Both the position numbers and the translations under genes were made by a program. This document shows, in pieces, positions 1-10,130 of a stretch of DNA of 64,000 nt; the stretch's first letter is position 1; every line of letters begins with the position of its first letter. The notes beneath the pieces were generated by a model that saw only the letters and a list, made by a program, of their open reading frames with translations, was not told where the DNA came from and did no database searches. Origin of the DNA: an uncultured Candidatus Rokubacteria bacterium (GTDB lineage Bacteria; Methylomirabilota; Methylomirabilia; Rokubacteriales; CSP1-6); the NCBI GenBank assembly GCA_963771355.1, contig CAVYTA010000006.1:960001-1024000 (forward strand), given 5' to 3'.

Positions 1-2
1 CG

Positions 3-1646
3 ATGGAGTACTGGCTCTCACGCAGCGTGGGAGACATCGAGGAAGGCGAGGTCGTCCGCGGAACTGTCGTCGAGGTCCGCACCGGCGACGTGATCGTCGA
101 CATCGGCTACAAGAGCGAGGGGGCCATCCCCATCGACGAGTTCCGGCATACCGGCGCCCCCAAGGTGGGCGACGAGATCGAGGTCTTCCTGGAGGCGAAG
201 GAGGACTCGGAAGGCCTCATCGTCCTCTCCAAGGACAAGGCCGACAAGATCAAGGTCTGGGACCAGATCTCCAAGGCCTTCGACGCGGGCAGTCCCGTGG
301 AGGGCCGCGTGGTGGAGGTGGTCAAGGGCGGCCTGGCGGTGGACGTGGGCGTGCGCGCCTTCCTCCCCGGCTCCCAGGTCGACCTCCGCCCGGTCAAGAA
401 CCTCGGGTCCATGATGGGCCAGACCATCCGCGCCAAGGTGATCAAGCTCAATCGCCGCCGCGGCAACGTGGTGCTCTCGCGGCGGGCAGTGCTCGAGACC
501 GAGCGCGAGGAGAAGAAGAAGCAGACGCTGGCCGTGCTGGGCGAGGGCATGGTCCTCACCGGGACGGTGAAGAACATCACCGACTACGGCGCCTTCATCG
601 ACCTGGGCGGCATCGACGGGCTGCTGCACGTCACCGACATGTCCTGGGGCCGCATCGGACATCCCTCCGAGATCTTCCAGGTCGGCGACCAGGTCGAGGT
701 GGTGGTGCTCCACTTCGACCGGGAAACCGGCCGTGTCTCCCTCGGCTACAAGCAGAAGTCCTCGGACCCGTGGGCGGTGGTGGATCAGCGGTATCCCTCG
801 GGCGCCCGCGTGCAGGGGCGGGTGGTGAGCCTCACCAACTACGGCGCCTTCGTGGAGCTGGAGCCCGGGGTGGAGGGCCTCGTCCACGTGTCCGAGATGT
901 CGTGGACGCGGCGGGTGCGGCACCCGTCGAAGATCGTCAACGTGGGCGACATGGTCGAGGTGCAGGTGCTGGAGGTCAACAAGGCCACCAAGCGGATCTC
1001 GCTGGGCATGAAGCAGGTCGAGGCCGATCCGTGGGAGACCATCGACGACCGCTACAAGGCGGGGATGCGCGTGCAGGGCAAGGTGCGCAACCTCACCGAC
1101 TTCGGCGCCTTCGTGGAGCTGGAGCCCGGCGTGGATGGTCTGCTCCACATCTCCGACATGTCCTGGACCCGCAATATCGGGCATCCCTCGGAGCTGCTCA
1201 AGAAGGGCCAGCCGGTGGAGACCCAGATCCTCAACGTGGACCGCGACAACAAGCGGATCTCGCTGGGGCTCAAGCAGATACAGCCCGATCCGTGGGAGTC
1301 CGTCACCCAGCGTTATCCGATGGGCTCGCGCGTCACCGGCAAAGTGGTCCGCCTCACCGACTTCGGCGCCTTCGTGGAGCTGGAGCCGGGCGTGGACGGC
1401 CTGCTGCACATCTCGCAGATGTCCAACCGGCCTATCGCCACGCCGGCCGACCTGGTCAACGTCGGCGACGAGCTCACCCTGCTGGTGATCCGGGTGGATC
1501 CCAACGAGCGGCGGATCGGACTCTCGCTCAAGGAGCTCGCGGCGGCGGTGATGCTGGACGAGCCCGCGCAGACGGATGCCGGGCGCGGCCGGGGTGCCAA
1601 GGGACGGAAGCGGCGTCAGGACGACGATTTCGAAGACGAGGAGTAG
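3..1646 (+). CDS. rpsA: 30S ribosomal protein S1 (may extend upstream of the window)
   Basis: Six S1 repeats (e.g. DYGAFIDLGGIDGLLHVTDMSW). Confidence 0.97.
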   Translation: MEYWLSRSVGDIEEGEVVRGTVVEVRTGDVIVDIGYKSEGAIPIDEFRHTGAPKVGDEIEVFLEAKEDSEGLIVLSKDKADKIKVWDQISKAFDAGSPVEGRVVEVVKGGLAVDVGVRAFLPGSQVDLRPVKNLGSMMGQTIRAKVIKLNRRRGNVVLSRRAVLETEREEKKKQTLAVLGEGMVLTGTVKNITDYGAFIDLGGIDGLLHVTDMSWGRIGHPSEIFQVGDQVEVVVLHFDRETGRVSLGYKQKSSDPWAVVDQRYPSGARVQGRVVSLTNYGAFVELEPGVEGLVHVSEMSWTRRVRHPSKIVNVGDMVEVQVLEVNKATKRISLGMKQVEADPWETIDDRYKAGMRVQGKVRNLTDFGAFVELEPGVDGLLHISDMSWTRNIGHPSELLKKGQPVETQILNVDRDNKRISLGLKQIQPDPWESVTQRYPMGSRVTGKVVRLTDFGAFVELEPGVDGLLHISQMSNRPIATPADLVNVGDELTLLVIRVDPNERRIGLSLKELAAAVMLDEPAQTDAGRGRGAKGRKRRQDDDFEDEE

Positions 1647-1659
1647 GAGGAGGTAGCGA

Positions 1660-2550
1660 GTGGCGTCACGCGCGCGCAGCCTGCTGCTGGGCACGGGCCT
1701 GGCGGTGGGGCTGCTCCTGGCTTTTCTCGTCACCGTCTGGGTGCTCATGGCGGTGCTCGAGGATGGGTCGCTGCCCGGCGGGGCACGGATCGCGGTGGTG
1801 GAGATCGAGGGCATCATCCTCGACGGCGATCAGGCGGTGCGCGAGCTGCGGGAGCATGCCGACAACCCCGCCATCAAGGCGGTGGTCGTCCGGGTCAATA
1901 GCCCGGGCGGGGTGGTGGGACCCACCCAGGAGATCGTGTCGGGCATGGAGCGGGTGCGGAAGGCGGGCAAGCCGGTGGTCGCCTCCTTCGGCGCGGTGGC
2001 GGCATCGGGCGGGTACTACATCGGCACCGCCGCCGACCGCATCTTTGCCAATCCCGGTACGCTCACCGGCTCCATCGGCGTCATCATGCAGATGGCCAAC
2101 GTCGAGGGCCTGCTCAAGAAGGCGGGCGTCGACTACGTCGTGATCAAGGCGGGGGCCTACAAGGACGTGGGGAACTTCTCCCGCGCCATGACCCCCGAGG
2201 AGCGTCGCATCCTGCAGGCGCTGCTCGACGACGTCTACGGGCAGTTCGTGGCCGCGGTGGTCAAGGGCCGCGGACTCGACGAGGGCACCGTGCGCACCTT
2301 CGCCGACGGGCGCATCTACTCCGGCCAGCAGGCGCATGCGCTCAAGATGGTGGACGAGCTGGGCGGCTTCGAGGACGCGGTGGAAGCCGCCGCCAAGCTC
2401 GCCGGCATCCCGGGCAAGCCCAAGGTCATCTTCCCGCGGCGAAAGTTCTCGTTCTCGGATCTGCTGCGCGGACAGCTCGGTCTAGGCGCTCCCGCGGGGC
2501 TCCTGCCGGCGCTCCCGTCCCTCCGGACACCGCTCTACCTGATGTACTAG
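1660..2550 (+). CDS. sppA: Signal peptide peptidase SppA (S49)
   Basis: N-terminal TM; RVNSPGG, AASGGYY, TGSIGV motifs; AGGAGG RBS. Confidence 0.93.
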   Translation: MASRARSLLLGTGLAVGLLLAFLVTVWVLMAVLEDGSLPGGARIAVVEIEGIILDGDQAVRELREHADNPAIKAVVVRVNSPGGVVGPTQEIVSGMERVRKAGKPVVASFGAVAASGGYYIGTAADRIFANPGTLTGSIGVIMQMANVEGLLKKAGVDYVVIKAGAYKDVGNFSRAMTPEERRILQALLDDVYGQFVAAVVKGRGLDEGTVRTFADGRIYSGQQAHALKMVDELGGFEDAVEAAAKLAGIPGKPKVIFPRRKFSFSDLLRGQLGLGAPAGLLPALPSLRTPLYLMY

Positions 2551-2593
2551 CCGGAAGGGTCCCGGAGGGGTGACCCCTAACCCCTCAACCTTC

Positions 2594-2623
2594 TTGACAA
2601 TCTTTCGACCAGCATGCTAGCGT
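2594..2623 (+). promoter_or_regulatory. Sigma70-type promoter for ihfB
   Basis: TTGACA-18bp-(TG)nTAGCGT. Confidence 0.6.
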
Positions 2624-2705
2624 GACGCCAGAATCCTAGCCATCCTGATCGGCGTGTGCCTGTCGGGCTGGCGAGACGGTCGCCGAGACGGGGGGGTGTC
2701 AGGTC

Positions 2706-2981
2706 ATGACCAAAGCGGATCTCATCGACGAAGTCTCGAGGGTATCCAGCCTCACCAAGAAGGAGACGGAGACCATCGTCAATACCGTCTTCGACAACAT
2801 CACCGATGCCCTCGCCAAGGGGGACAAGGTGGAGCTGCGCGGGTTCGGCAGCTTCAGGATCCGACACCGGAATTCCCGCAAGGGACGCAATCCAAAAACC
2901 GGTGACGCGGTGAGCGTGCCCGAGAAGCGCGTGCCTTTCTTCAAGGTCGGCAAGCGGCTCCGCGAGCTCGTCAACACCTAG
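2706..2981 (+). CDS. ihfB: Integration host factor beta / HU family
   Basis: MTKADLI...VELRGFGSF...GRNPKTG; rpsA-sppA-ihfB synteny. Confidence 0.9.
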   Translation: MTKADLIDEVSRVSSLTKKETETIVNTVFDNITDALAKGDKVELRGFGSFRIRHRNSRKGRNPKTGDAVSVPEKRVPFFKVGKRLRELVNT

Positions 2982-2990
2982 CCCTGTCGC

Positions 2991-3476
2991 GTGGACCGTC
3001 TGTGGGCACCATGGCGGATGGGTTACGTGACTTCCGCCGGGGCGCCCGACGCCCCCTGTGTCTTCTGCTCCGCTCTCGCCGCCGGTGACGATCGGCGGGC
3101 CCTGATTCTCCGCCGCGGTCAGCGCGCCTTCCTCATCCTCAACGCATTCCCCTACGCCACCGGCCACCTCATGGCCATGCCCATCCGGCATGTGGCCACG
3201 GTGGAGGACGCCACCGCCGACGAGCTGACCGAGACCATGACCCTCGTCCAGGAGAGCGTTCGCGCGCTCAACGTCGGCTACAAGCCGGACGGCTTCAATA
3301 TCGGGTTGAACCAGGGGCGGATCGCGGGAGCGGGGGTGCTCGGGCACGTGCACACTCACGTGGTCCCGCGCTGGAACGGCGACACGAATTTCATGCCCGT
3401 CATCGCCGACACCAAGGTCCTGTCCGAGTCCCTCGAGACCACCTACGACCGCCTGACGGCCCTGCTCCGCGCGTGA
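2991..3476 (+). CDS. HIT-family nucleotide hydrolase
   Basis: LWAPWR, CVFC, HVHTH histidine triad, PRWNGD. Confidence 0.9.
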   Translation: MDRLWAPWRMGYVTSAGAPDAPCVFCSALAAGDDRRALILRRGQRAFLILNAFPYATGHLMAMPIRHVATVEDATADELTETMTLVQESVRALNVGYKPDGFNIGLNQGRIAGAGVLGHVHTHVVPRWNGDTNFMPVIADTKVLSESLETTYDRLTALLRA

Positions 3477-6094
3477 CGGACGCTCGCCCCACCGAGCTCA
3501 CGCCCATGATGCAGCAGTACCGCGAGCTGAAGCGCCGCTACCCGGACTATCTCCTGCTGTTCCGGCTGGGCGACTTCTACGAGATGTTCGCCGAGGATGC
3601 CCACCTGGGGGCCCGGCTCCTGCAGATCACGCTCACCGCGCGGCAGGCGACGCCCATGGCCGGCATCCCGCATCACGCGGCCGACACCTATATCGCCCGG
3701 CTCATTCGCCAGGGCCAGAAGGTGGCGGTGTGCGAGCAGATGGAGGCGGCGGGCCCCGGCAAGAAGCTCGTGCGGCGTGAGGTGGTGCGCGTCATCACGC
3801 CCGGCACGCTCACCGACACGCAGATGCTGGACGGCGCCGCCAGCAATTTTCTCCTGGCCGTCCATCGTGACCGCGGGCACGGGGGCGGCACGCTCGGCAT
3901 CGCCCTCGCGGAGGTGTCGACCGGCGAGTTCTGGGCCGGGGAGGACACGGGGCCGGGGGACGGGCTCCTGGAGGCCGCGCTGCTGCGCCGGCCCGCGGAG
4001 ATTCTCGTCAGCGGCGAGGGTGACGAGGCGCTGCGCCGCGCGCTGGCCGCGCGGGGCGTCCCGCTCACGCTGGGCGACCCCGCCTGGTTCCGGCGCGAGC
4101 CGGCCCGAGAGCGCCTGCGGGCCCACTTCAGCGGCGAGAGCCTGGATGGATTCGGCGTGGGCGGGCTGGGGGTCGGGTTGCAGGCCGCGGGCGCGGCGCT
4201 GGCGTATCTGCGCGAGACGCAGGGCGATCGGCTCGGCCATCTCACGCGTCTCCTGCGCTTCCGTGCGGATGACGCGCTGGGGCTGGACCAGACCGCGGTG
4301 ACCACCCTCGAGCTCTTCGAGACCGCCCAGGAGCGCGCGGTACAGGGCTCCCTGATCGGGCTCCTCGACGCCACGCGCACGCCCATGGGCGCGCGCGCCC
4401 TGCGCCAGTGGCTGCTGCGGCCCCTGCGCGACGTGACCGCCATCACGCGGCGCCAGGAGGCGGTGGGAGCGCTCGTCGACGCGCCGGAGGCGCGCGCGGC
4501 CCTACGCGCGAGCCTCGAGGGGATCGGCGACATCGAGCGCCTGGCCAGTCGCGCCGCGCTGGGCGTCGCGCACGCCCGCGACCTGGTCGGGCTGCGCGCG
4601 TCACTACGCGGGCTCCCCGCGCTGCGCGAGACGCTCGGCCCGCTGGCGTCGCCCCTCTGCACCGAGCTCGCCTTGGAGGTGGCCGCGCTGCCCGACCTGG
4701 CGCGGCTCCTCGAGGAAGCGCTCGAGGACGAGCCGCCGCGGGAGCTCCGGGAGGGTGGGCTCATCCGGGCGGCCTGGAGCGCCGACCTCGCCGAGCTGCG
4801 CCGCGCCGCCCGGGATGCGAAGGCGTGGATCGCCTCGCTGGAAGGCCGCGAGCGGGCGCGAACCGGCATCCCTTCGCTGCGCGTGCGCTTCAATCGCGTC
4901 TTCGGCTACTCCATCGAGGTGAGCAACACGCACGCGGCCAAGGTCCCCCCCGACTACGTGCGGCGGCAAACCCTCGTGGGCGCGGAGCGCTACGTCACCA
5001 CCGAGCTCAAGGAGTACGAGAGCCGCGCGCTGGGCGCGGAGGAGCGCATGGCGGCGCTCGAGTTCGAGCTCTTCGTCGAGATCCGCGCCCGCGTGGCCGC
5101 GCAGGCGGAGACGCTCCTGCGCACCGCACGCGCGGTGGCCGCGCTGGACGCGCTCACCGCGCTGGGTGAAGTGGCGCATCTCCGCGCCTGGGTGCGCCCC
5201 GTGGTGGACGAGAGCCGCCGGCTCGAGATCACCGGAGGCCGGCATCCCGTCATCGAGGCGGCGGGCACGGGCGCCTTCACGCCCAATGACGTGAGCCTCG
5301 ATCCCGACGGCACCCAGATCGTCATCCTCACCGGGCCGAACATGAGCGGGAAGAGCGTCTTCATGCGGCAGACCGCGCTCCTCGTGATCCTGGCCCAGCT
5401 CGGGAGCTTCGTCCCCGCCGCCTCCGCGCGCATCGGGCTGGTGGACCGAATTCTCACGCGCGTGGGCGCCCAGGACAATGTCACCCGCGGGCAGAGCACC
5501 TTTCTCGTGGAGATGGTCGAGACCGCCAGCATCCTCCACAACGCCACCGCCCGAAGCCTGGTGCTCCTGGATGAAGTGGGGCGAGGGACCTCCACCCTCG
5601 ATGGGCTCGCCATCGCCTGGGCGGTGACGGAGGCGCTGCACGAGGGCGCGCACGGGGCGAAGGTGCTCTTCGCCACCCACTACCACGAGCTCACCGCGCT
5701 GGCGGACCGGCTGCCGCGGGTCCGGAACTTCCACGTGGCGGTCCGGGAGTGGAACGAGGAGATCATCTTTCTCCACACCGTGCGGCCCGGCGGCACCGAT
5801 CGCTCCTATGGCATCCAGGTGGCGCGGCTGGCCGGGCTGCCCGCGGCCGTGGTGGCCCGGGCCAAGGCCATCCTGGGCGAGCTGGAGAGCGAGCGGGCGG
5901 CGCTGACCGCGGCCGGCGCGCTGACTGCCTCCGCGACCGGGGGGTTCGAGCCCGTGCAGCTCGGCCTGTTTCCACCCGGCGGCGATCCCATCCTCAAGGA
6001 TATCGCCGCGCTCGACATCGGGACCCTGACGCCGCTCGCGGCGCTCAACCTCCTGGCGGAGTGGCAGCGCACGCTCCGGGAGCGCCCCGCGTGA
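3473..6094 (+). CDS. mutS: DNA mismatch repair protein MutS
   Basis: TPMMQQY, GDFYEMF, TGPNMSGKS, STFLVEM, C-terminal QLGLF clamp motif. Confidence 0.97.
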   Translation: MTDARPTELTPMMQQYRELKRRYPDYLLLFRLGDFYEMFAEDAHLGARLLQITLTARQATPMAGIPHHAADTYIARLIRQGQKVAVCEQMEAAGPGKKLVRREVVRVITPGTLTDTQMLDGAASNFLLAVHRDRGHGGGTLGIALAEVSTGEFWAGEDTGPGDGLLEAALLRRPAEILVSGEGDEALRRALAARGVPLTLGDPAWFRREPARERLRAHFSGESLDGFGVGGLGVGLQAAGAALAYLRETQGDRLGHLTRLLRFRADDALGLDQTAVTTLELFETAQERAVQGSLIGLLDATRTPMGARALRQWLLRPLRDVTAITRRQEAVGALVDAPEARAALRASLEGIGDIERLASRAALGVAHARDLVGLRASLRGLPALRETLGPLASPLCTELALEVAALPDLARLLEEALEDEPPRELREGGLIRAAWSADLAELRRAARDAKAWIASLEGRERARTGIPSLRVRFNRVFGYSIEVSNTHAAKVPPDYVRRQTLVGAERYVTTELKEYESRALGAEERMAALEFELFVEIRARVAAQAETLLRTARAVAALDALTALGEVAHLRAWVRPVVDESRRLEITGGRHPVIEAAGTGAFTPNDVSLDPDGTQIVILTGPNMSGKSVFMRQTALLVILAQLGSFVPAASARIGLVDRILTRVGAQDNVTRGQSTFLVEMVETASILHNATARSLVLLDEVGRGTSTLDGLAIAWAVTEALHEGAHGAKVLFATHYHELTALADRLPRVRNFHVAVREWNEEIIFLHTVRPGGTDRSYGIQVARLAGLPAAVVARAKAILGELESERAALTAAGALTASATGGFEPVQLGLFPPGGDPILKDIAALDIGTLTPLAALNLLAEWQRTLRERPA

Positions 6095-7809
6095 GCCGGA
6101 TCAAGCTACTGTCCGAGCACCTGGTGAACAAGATCGCCGCCGGCGAGGTGGTCGAGCGCCCGGCCTCCGTGGTCAAGGAGCTGGTGGAGAACGCGCTCGA
6201 CGCGGAAGCCACTCATATCACGGTGGATCTCCGTGATGCCGGCCGCCAGCTCATCCGCGTGCGCGACGACGGCGTGGGAATGACCGCGGAGGAGCTCGGC
6301 TGGGCGCTCACGCGACACGCGACCTCCAAGATCGCCACCGAGGCGGACCTCGACGCCATCCAGACGCTCGGCTTCCGCGGCGAGGCCTTGCCCGCGATCT
6401 GCGCGGTGAGCCGCTTCTCGCTGCTCTCCTGCGCCAAGGGCGCCGTCGAGGGGGCGCTGCTGCGCGGCGAGGGCGGGGCGGCCGAGGTGCCCCTGGCGGT
6501 CGCCGCGCCCACCGGCACCACGGTGGAAGTGGGCGACCTCTTCTTCAATACGCCCGCGCGGCTCAAGTTCCTCAAGGCGGCGCGCACCGAGCTGGCGCTG
6601 GCTCTGCGCCTGCTCCAGGGCATCGCCCTGGCCCATCCCGATCTCCACCTGGCGGTGACGCACGACGGGCGCCCCGCGCTGACTGCGCCCCGGGCCAAGA
6701 GCCTGCGCGACCGCGTGGGCGCCATCTACGGCTGGGAGGTCGCGGGCAAGATGCTCGAGCTTCGCCACGCCGCCGGCGGCCTGGCCCTGGTGGGTCTCGT
6801 CGCGCCGCCGCAGGCCGCGCGCGCCAGCCGCGAGGAGATGACGTGGGTGGTGAACGGGCGGCCCGTGCGCGACACCCTTCTCACCCAAACTCTGCTCGAC
6901 GCCTATCGACCGCTGCTCGCCCGTGACCAGTACCCCGTGTCCGTGATCTGGATCGACCTGCCGCCGCAGGAGCTGGACGTCAATGTCCACCCCACCAAGG
7001 CCTGGGTGCGCTTCCGCTCGCCCCGATCCGTCCAGGAGGCGCTCTACGTCGCGGCGCACGCGGCGCTTCGCGCCGCCGAGGTGGTCCAGCGCCAGGGAGG
7101 CGTCGGGCCGGTGGGCGTCCCGGATCCCGCGGCCCCCGTGGGGGCGGGGAGCACGGTGGTCACCGCAGACGGTGCGCCCGCCGCCAGTCAGCCCGGCCTC
7201 TTCCACGAGGCGGCCGCACCCTTCGGCCGCGAGCTCTTCGGCACCGTGGTGGGCCAGCTCCAGGACACCTTCGTCGTGGCGGCCACCGACGAGGAGGTGT
7301 TCTTCGTGGACCAGCACGTGGCCCACGAGCGCGTGCTCTTCGAGCGGCTGGAGGCCGATCTGGCGGCGGCGCCGCTGGCCTCCCAGGACCTGCTCTTCCC
7401 GGAGACGCTCGAGCTGCCGCCCGGCCAGCGGGAGCTACTCGCCGAGTGGGCCCCCACGCTCGAGCGGCTGGGCTTCGCGCTGGAGGGCTGGAGCGGCGCC
7501 ACCTGTCTCGTCCGCGCGGTGCCCGCGCTCCTCGCCCGGCGGGAGCCCCGGCGCCTCATCACGCGCATGCTCGAGGAGCTGGCCAGCCCCGGCAAGGAGG
7601 GCGCGGCCCCGCAGCTCGACCGCGCGCTGGCCTTCATCGCCTGCCGCGCCGCCATCAAGGCACCGGCGCCGCTCGAGCGCGAGGAGATGCGCCGGCTCTT
7701 GAGCGACCTCTCCGCCACGCGCACGCCGTATTTCTGCCCCCACGGGCGGCCCATCGTCTCGCGTTTGTCGCTCCGCGAAATCCGGAAAGAGCTTCGCCGA
7801 ACATGGTAG
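6091..7809 (+). CDS. mutL: DNA mismatch repair endonuclease MutL
   Basis: GTG at 6091 overlapping the mutS stop; IAAGEVVERPASVVKELVENALDA, GFRGEAL, DQHVAHERVLFE, CPHGRP. Confidence 0.96.
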   Translation: MSRIKLLSEHLVNKIAAGEVVERPASVVKELVENALDAEATHITVDLRDAGRQLIRVRDDGVGMTAEELGWALTRHATSKIATEADLDAIQTLGFRGEALPAICAVSRFSLLSCAKGAVEGALLRGEGGAAEVPLAVAAPTGTTVEVGDLFFNTPARLKFLKAARTELALALRLLQGIALAHPDLHLAVTHDGRPALTAPRAKSLRDRVGAIYGWEVAGKMLELRHAAGGLALVGLVAPPQAARASREEMTWVVNGRPVRDTLLTQTLLDAYRPLLARDQYPVSVIWIDLPPQELDVNVHPTKAWVRFRSPRSVQEALYVAAHAALRAAEVVQRQGGVGPVGVPDPAAPVGAGSTVVTADGAPAASQPGLFHEAAAPFGRELFGTVVGQLQDTFVVAATDEEVFFVDQHVAHERVLFERLEADLAAAPLASQDLLFPETLELPPGQRELLAEWAPTLERLGFALEGWSGATCLVRAVPALLARREPRRLITRMLEELASPGKEGAAPQLDRALAFIACRAAIKAPAPLEREEMRRLLSDLSATRTPYFCPHGRPIVSRLSLREIRKELRRTW

Positions 7810-7916
7810 TGCGAGCCGCAGCCGAAGGCGAGGCGAGCGAAATTGAAGAGTGCAGTTCGCCGAGCGGAGCGAGGCGTGCGAGCCGCAGCCGAAGGCGAGG
7901 CGAGCAATATTGAAGA
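7809..7916 (+). repeat. Dispersed repeat locus 1: two ~41-bp direct repeats around an 18-bp second module
   Basis: GCGAGCCGCAGCCGAAGGCGAGGCGAGC at 7811-7838 and 7878-7905; GCCGAGCGGAGCGAGGCG at 7859-7876. Confidence 0.85.
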
Positions 7917-8866
7917 ATGAGGAAGGTGCGCCGCACCCTCCGCTCCTCGTCCTCGTCGGGCCCACCGCGGTGGGAAAGACCGACGTGGCCGTGCGTCTGG
8001 CCGCCCGTCTGCGTCTCGAGGCCGTGAACGCGGATTCCCGCCAGGTCTATCGCGGCATGGACATCGGCACCGGCAAGCCCACCGCGGGCGAGCGCGCGGC
8101 GCTGCCCCATCACGTGATCGACGTGGTGGATCCCGCCGAGCGCTACCACGCCGCCCGCTTCCGCCGGGACGCGCTCGAGGCCATCGCCGGCATCCGGGCT
8201 CGGGGACGGCTGCCGGTGGTGGTGGGCGGCACCGGACTCTACGTCCGCGCCCTCCTCAAGGGTCTGCACCCGGCGCCGCCCGCGGATCCCGCGGTCAGGG
8301 GCGAGCTCGAAGCGTTCGCCGCCGCCCAGGGATCCGAGGCCCTCCATCAGCGCCTGGCCGAGCGCGATCCGGCAGCGGCAGCACGCCTGCATCCGCGAGA
8401 TCGGGTCCGGCTCGTCCGGGCGCTGGAGGTCCTCACCCTGGGCGGACCGGGTTCCGAGCCGGCCGACTGGGGCTCGGCGGTGCCCCCGTTTCGACTGCTC
8501 ATGGTAGGCCTCCGCCAGTCGCGCGAGGCGCTGGGCCGGCGGATCGCGGATCGGGTGCGCGCCATGGTGGCCCGTGGGATGATGAGCGAGGTGAAGGGGC
8601 TCCTCGAAGCAGGGTATGATGAAGCGCTTCCCGCCATGGGGGGCATTGGCTACCGGCAGTTCTGCGCGGTACTCCGGGGCGACATGACGGAGGCCGAGGC
8701 GACTCGGCTGATGATCCGGGACACCACCCGCTACGCCAAGCGCCAGATGACCTGGTTCGCGCGCGATCCCGAGGTGCGCTGGCTGGACGTGGACGCGGTG
8801 GGTGGGCTCGACGGGGCGGCTCGGGCGGTGCAGACGCTGGCAACGGAGGAGGGAGTGACGGAGTGA
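7910..8866 (+). CDS. miaA: tRNA dimethylallyltransferase (start TTG 7910 or GTG 7850)
   Basis: GPTAVGKT, ADSRQVYRGMDIGTGKP, VGGTGLY, YAKRQMTWF. Confidence 0.95.
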   Translation: MKNEEGAPHPPLLVLVGPTAVGKTDVAVRLAARLRLEAVNADSRQVYRGMDIGTGKPTAGERAALPHHVIDVVDPAERYHAARFRRDALEAIAGIRARGRLPVVVGGTGLYVRALLKGLHPAPPADPAVRGELEAFAAAQGSEALHQRLAERDPAAAARLHPRDRVRLVRALEVLTLGGPGSEPADWGSAVPPFRLLMVGLRQSREALGRRIADRVRAMVARGMMSEVKGLLEAGYDEALPAMGGIGYRQFCAVLRGDMTEAEATRLMIRDTTRYAKRQMTWFARDPEVRWLDVDAVGGLDGAARAVQTLATEEGVTE

Positions 8867-10116
8867 GCACGCGGGAAAAGGCCGTATTGACCGCGCTGCG
8901 GCTGCCCAAGCAGCCGCGCTTCGAGGTCGATGAGTCCCTGGACGAGCTGGGCCGCCTGGCGGAGTCCGCCGGGGCCGAGGTGATCGGGCGCATGACCCAG
9001 GACCGGCGCGCGCCCTCCCCCGCGCTCTATTTCGGGAAGGGCAAGGTCGAGGAGATGCGCGACTGGTCGAAGCAGCAGGGCGCCAACCTCATGATCTCCG
9101 ACGACGCGCTCTCGCCCATCCAGGAGCGCAATCTCGGCGGGACCCTCGGGTTCAAGGTCATCGACCGCACCGCGCTCATCCTCGACATCTTCGCCCAGCG
9201 GGCGCGCACCATGGAGGGCAAGCTCCAGGTGGAGCTGGCCCAGCTCTCCTACCTGCTGCCGCGCCTGGTGCGCCAGTGGAAGCATCTCGAGCGGCTGGGC
9301 GGCGGCATCGGAACGCGCGGACCGGGCGAGACCCAGCTCGAATCCGACCGCCGGATGATCCGCCACCGCATCGAGAAGATCCGCGGGGAGCTCAAGCGCG
9401 TGCGCGTGCACCGCCGGCTTGTGCGCGACCGGCGCTCGGCCACCGGCTATCCCGTGGCCGCGCTCGTCGGGTACACCAACGCGGGGAAGACCACGCTGCT
9501 CAACCAGCTCACCGGCGCGGGCCGGGTGGCCGCGGACCAGCTCTTCGTCACCCTCGACCCCGCGGCGCGGCTGGTATCGGGGCCGAGCCACGCGCCCTTC
9601 ATCCTGACCGACACCGTGGGGTTCATCCGCAAGCTGCCGCATCAGCTGGTGGCCGCCTTCAAGGCCACGCTGGAAGAGCTGGCGGAGGCGGACCTCCTCG
9701 TCCACGTGGTCGACGCGAGCCATCCCGGGGTGGACGAGCAGATGGCGGCGGTGGAGGGCCTCCTCGACGAGCTGGGCCTGGCCGATCGGCCCACCATCGT
9801 GGCATTGAACAAGGTGGACCGCCTGGAGGCGGACGCCGCGCTGGGACATCTCGTGGCGCGCTTCAACGGGGTGGCCCTCTCGGCGCGCACGGGGCAGGGG
9901 GTGGAGACACTGCTCGAGCGCATCGACCAGATGTTCCGCCCGCGCGTGGAGCGGATGCGCCTGCTCATCCCGTACCGCGACGGGCCCGCGCTCGCCCTCT
10001 GCTACGACCGCGGGCGCGTGATCGAGCGCGCGGATCTGCCCGAGGGCATCCGGGTCGAGGTCGAGGTGCCCCGACGCCTCGCCACCCAGCTGGCACCCTA
10101 TCGGCTCGAGGCCTGA
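8863..10116 (+). CDS. hflX: GTPase HflX
   Basis: GGGIGTRGPGETQLE, GYTNAGKT, DTVGFI, NKVD. Confidence 0.96.
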   Translation: MSTREKAVLTALRLPKQPRFEVDESLDELGRLAESAGAEVIGRMTQDRRAPSPALYFGKGKVEEMRDWSKQQGANLMISDDALSPIQERNLGGTLGFKVIDRTALILDIFAQRARTMEGKLQVELAQLSYLLPRLVRQWKHLERLGGGIGTRGPGETQLESDRRMIRHRIEKIRGELKRVRVHRRLVRDRRSATGYPVAALVGYTNAGKTTLLNQLTGAGRVAADQLFVTLDPAARLVSGPSHAPFILTDTVGFIRKLPHQLVAAFKATLEELAEADLLVHVVDASHPGVDEQMAAVEGLLDELGLADRPTIVALNKVDRLEADAALGHLVARFNGVALSARTGQGVETLLERIDQMFRPRVERMRLLIPYRDGPALALCYDRGRVIERADLPEGIRVEVEVPRRLATQLAPYRLEA

Positions 10117-10130
10117 GCCGCCGCCCCGCC

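Noticed and set aside
770..1510. Near-identical DNA repeats in rpsA
   Set aside because: Ordinary S1 domain repeats.
7809..7916. Repeat-spacer-repeat as a mini-CRISPR
   Set aside because: Only two units, the spacer is itself a repeat module, and there are no cas genes.
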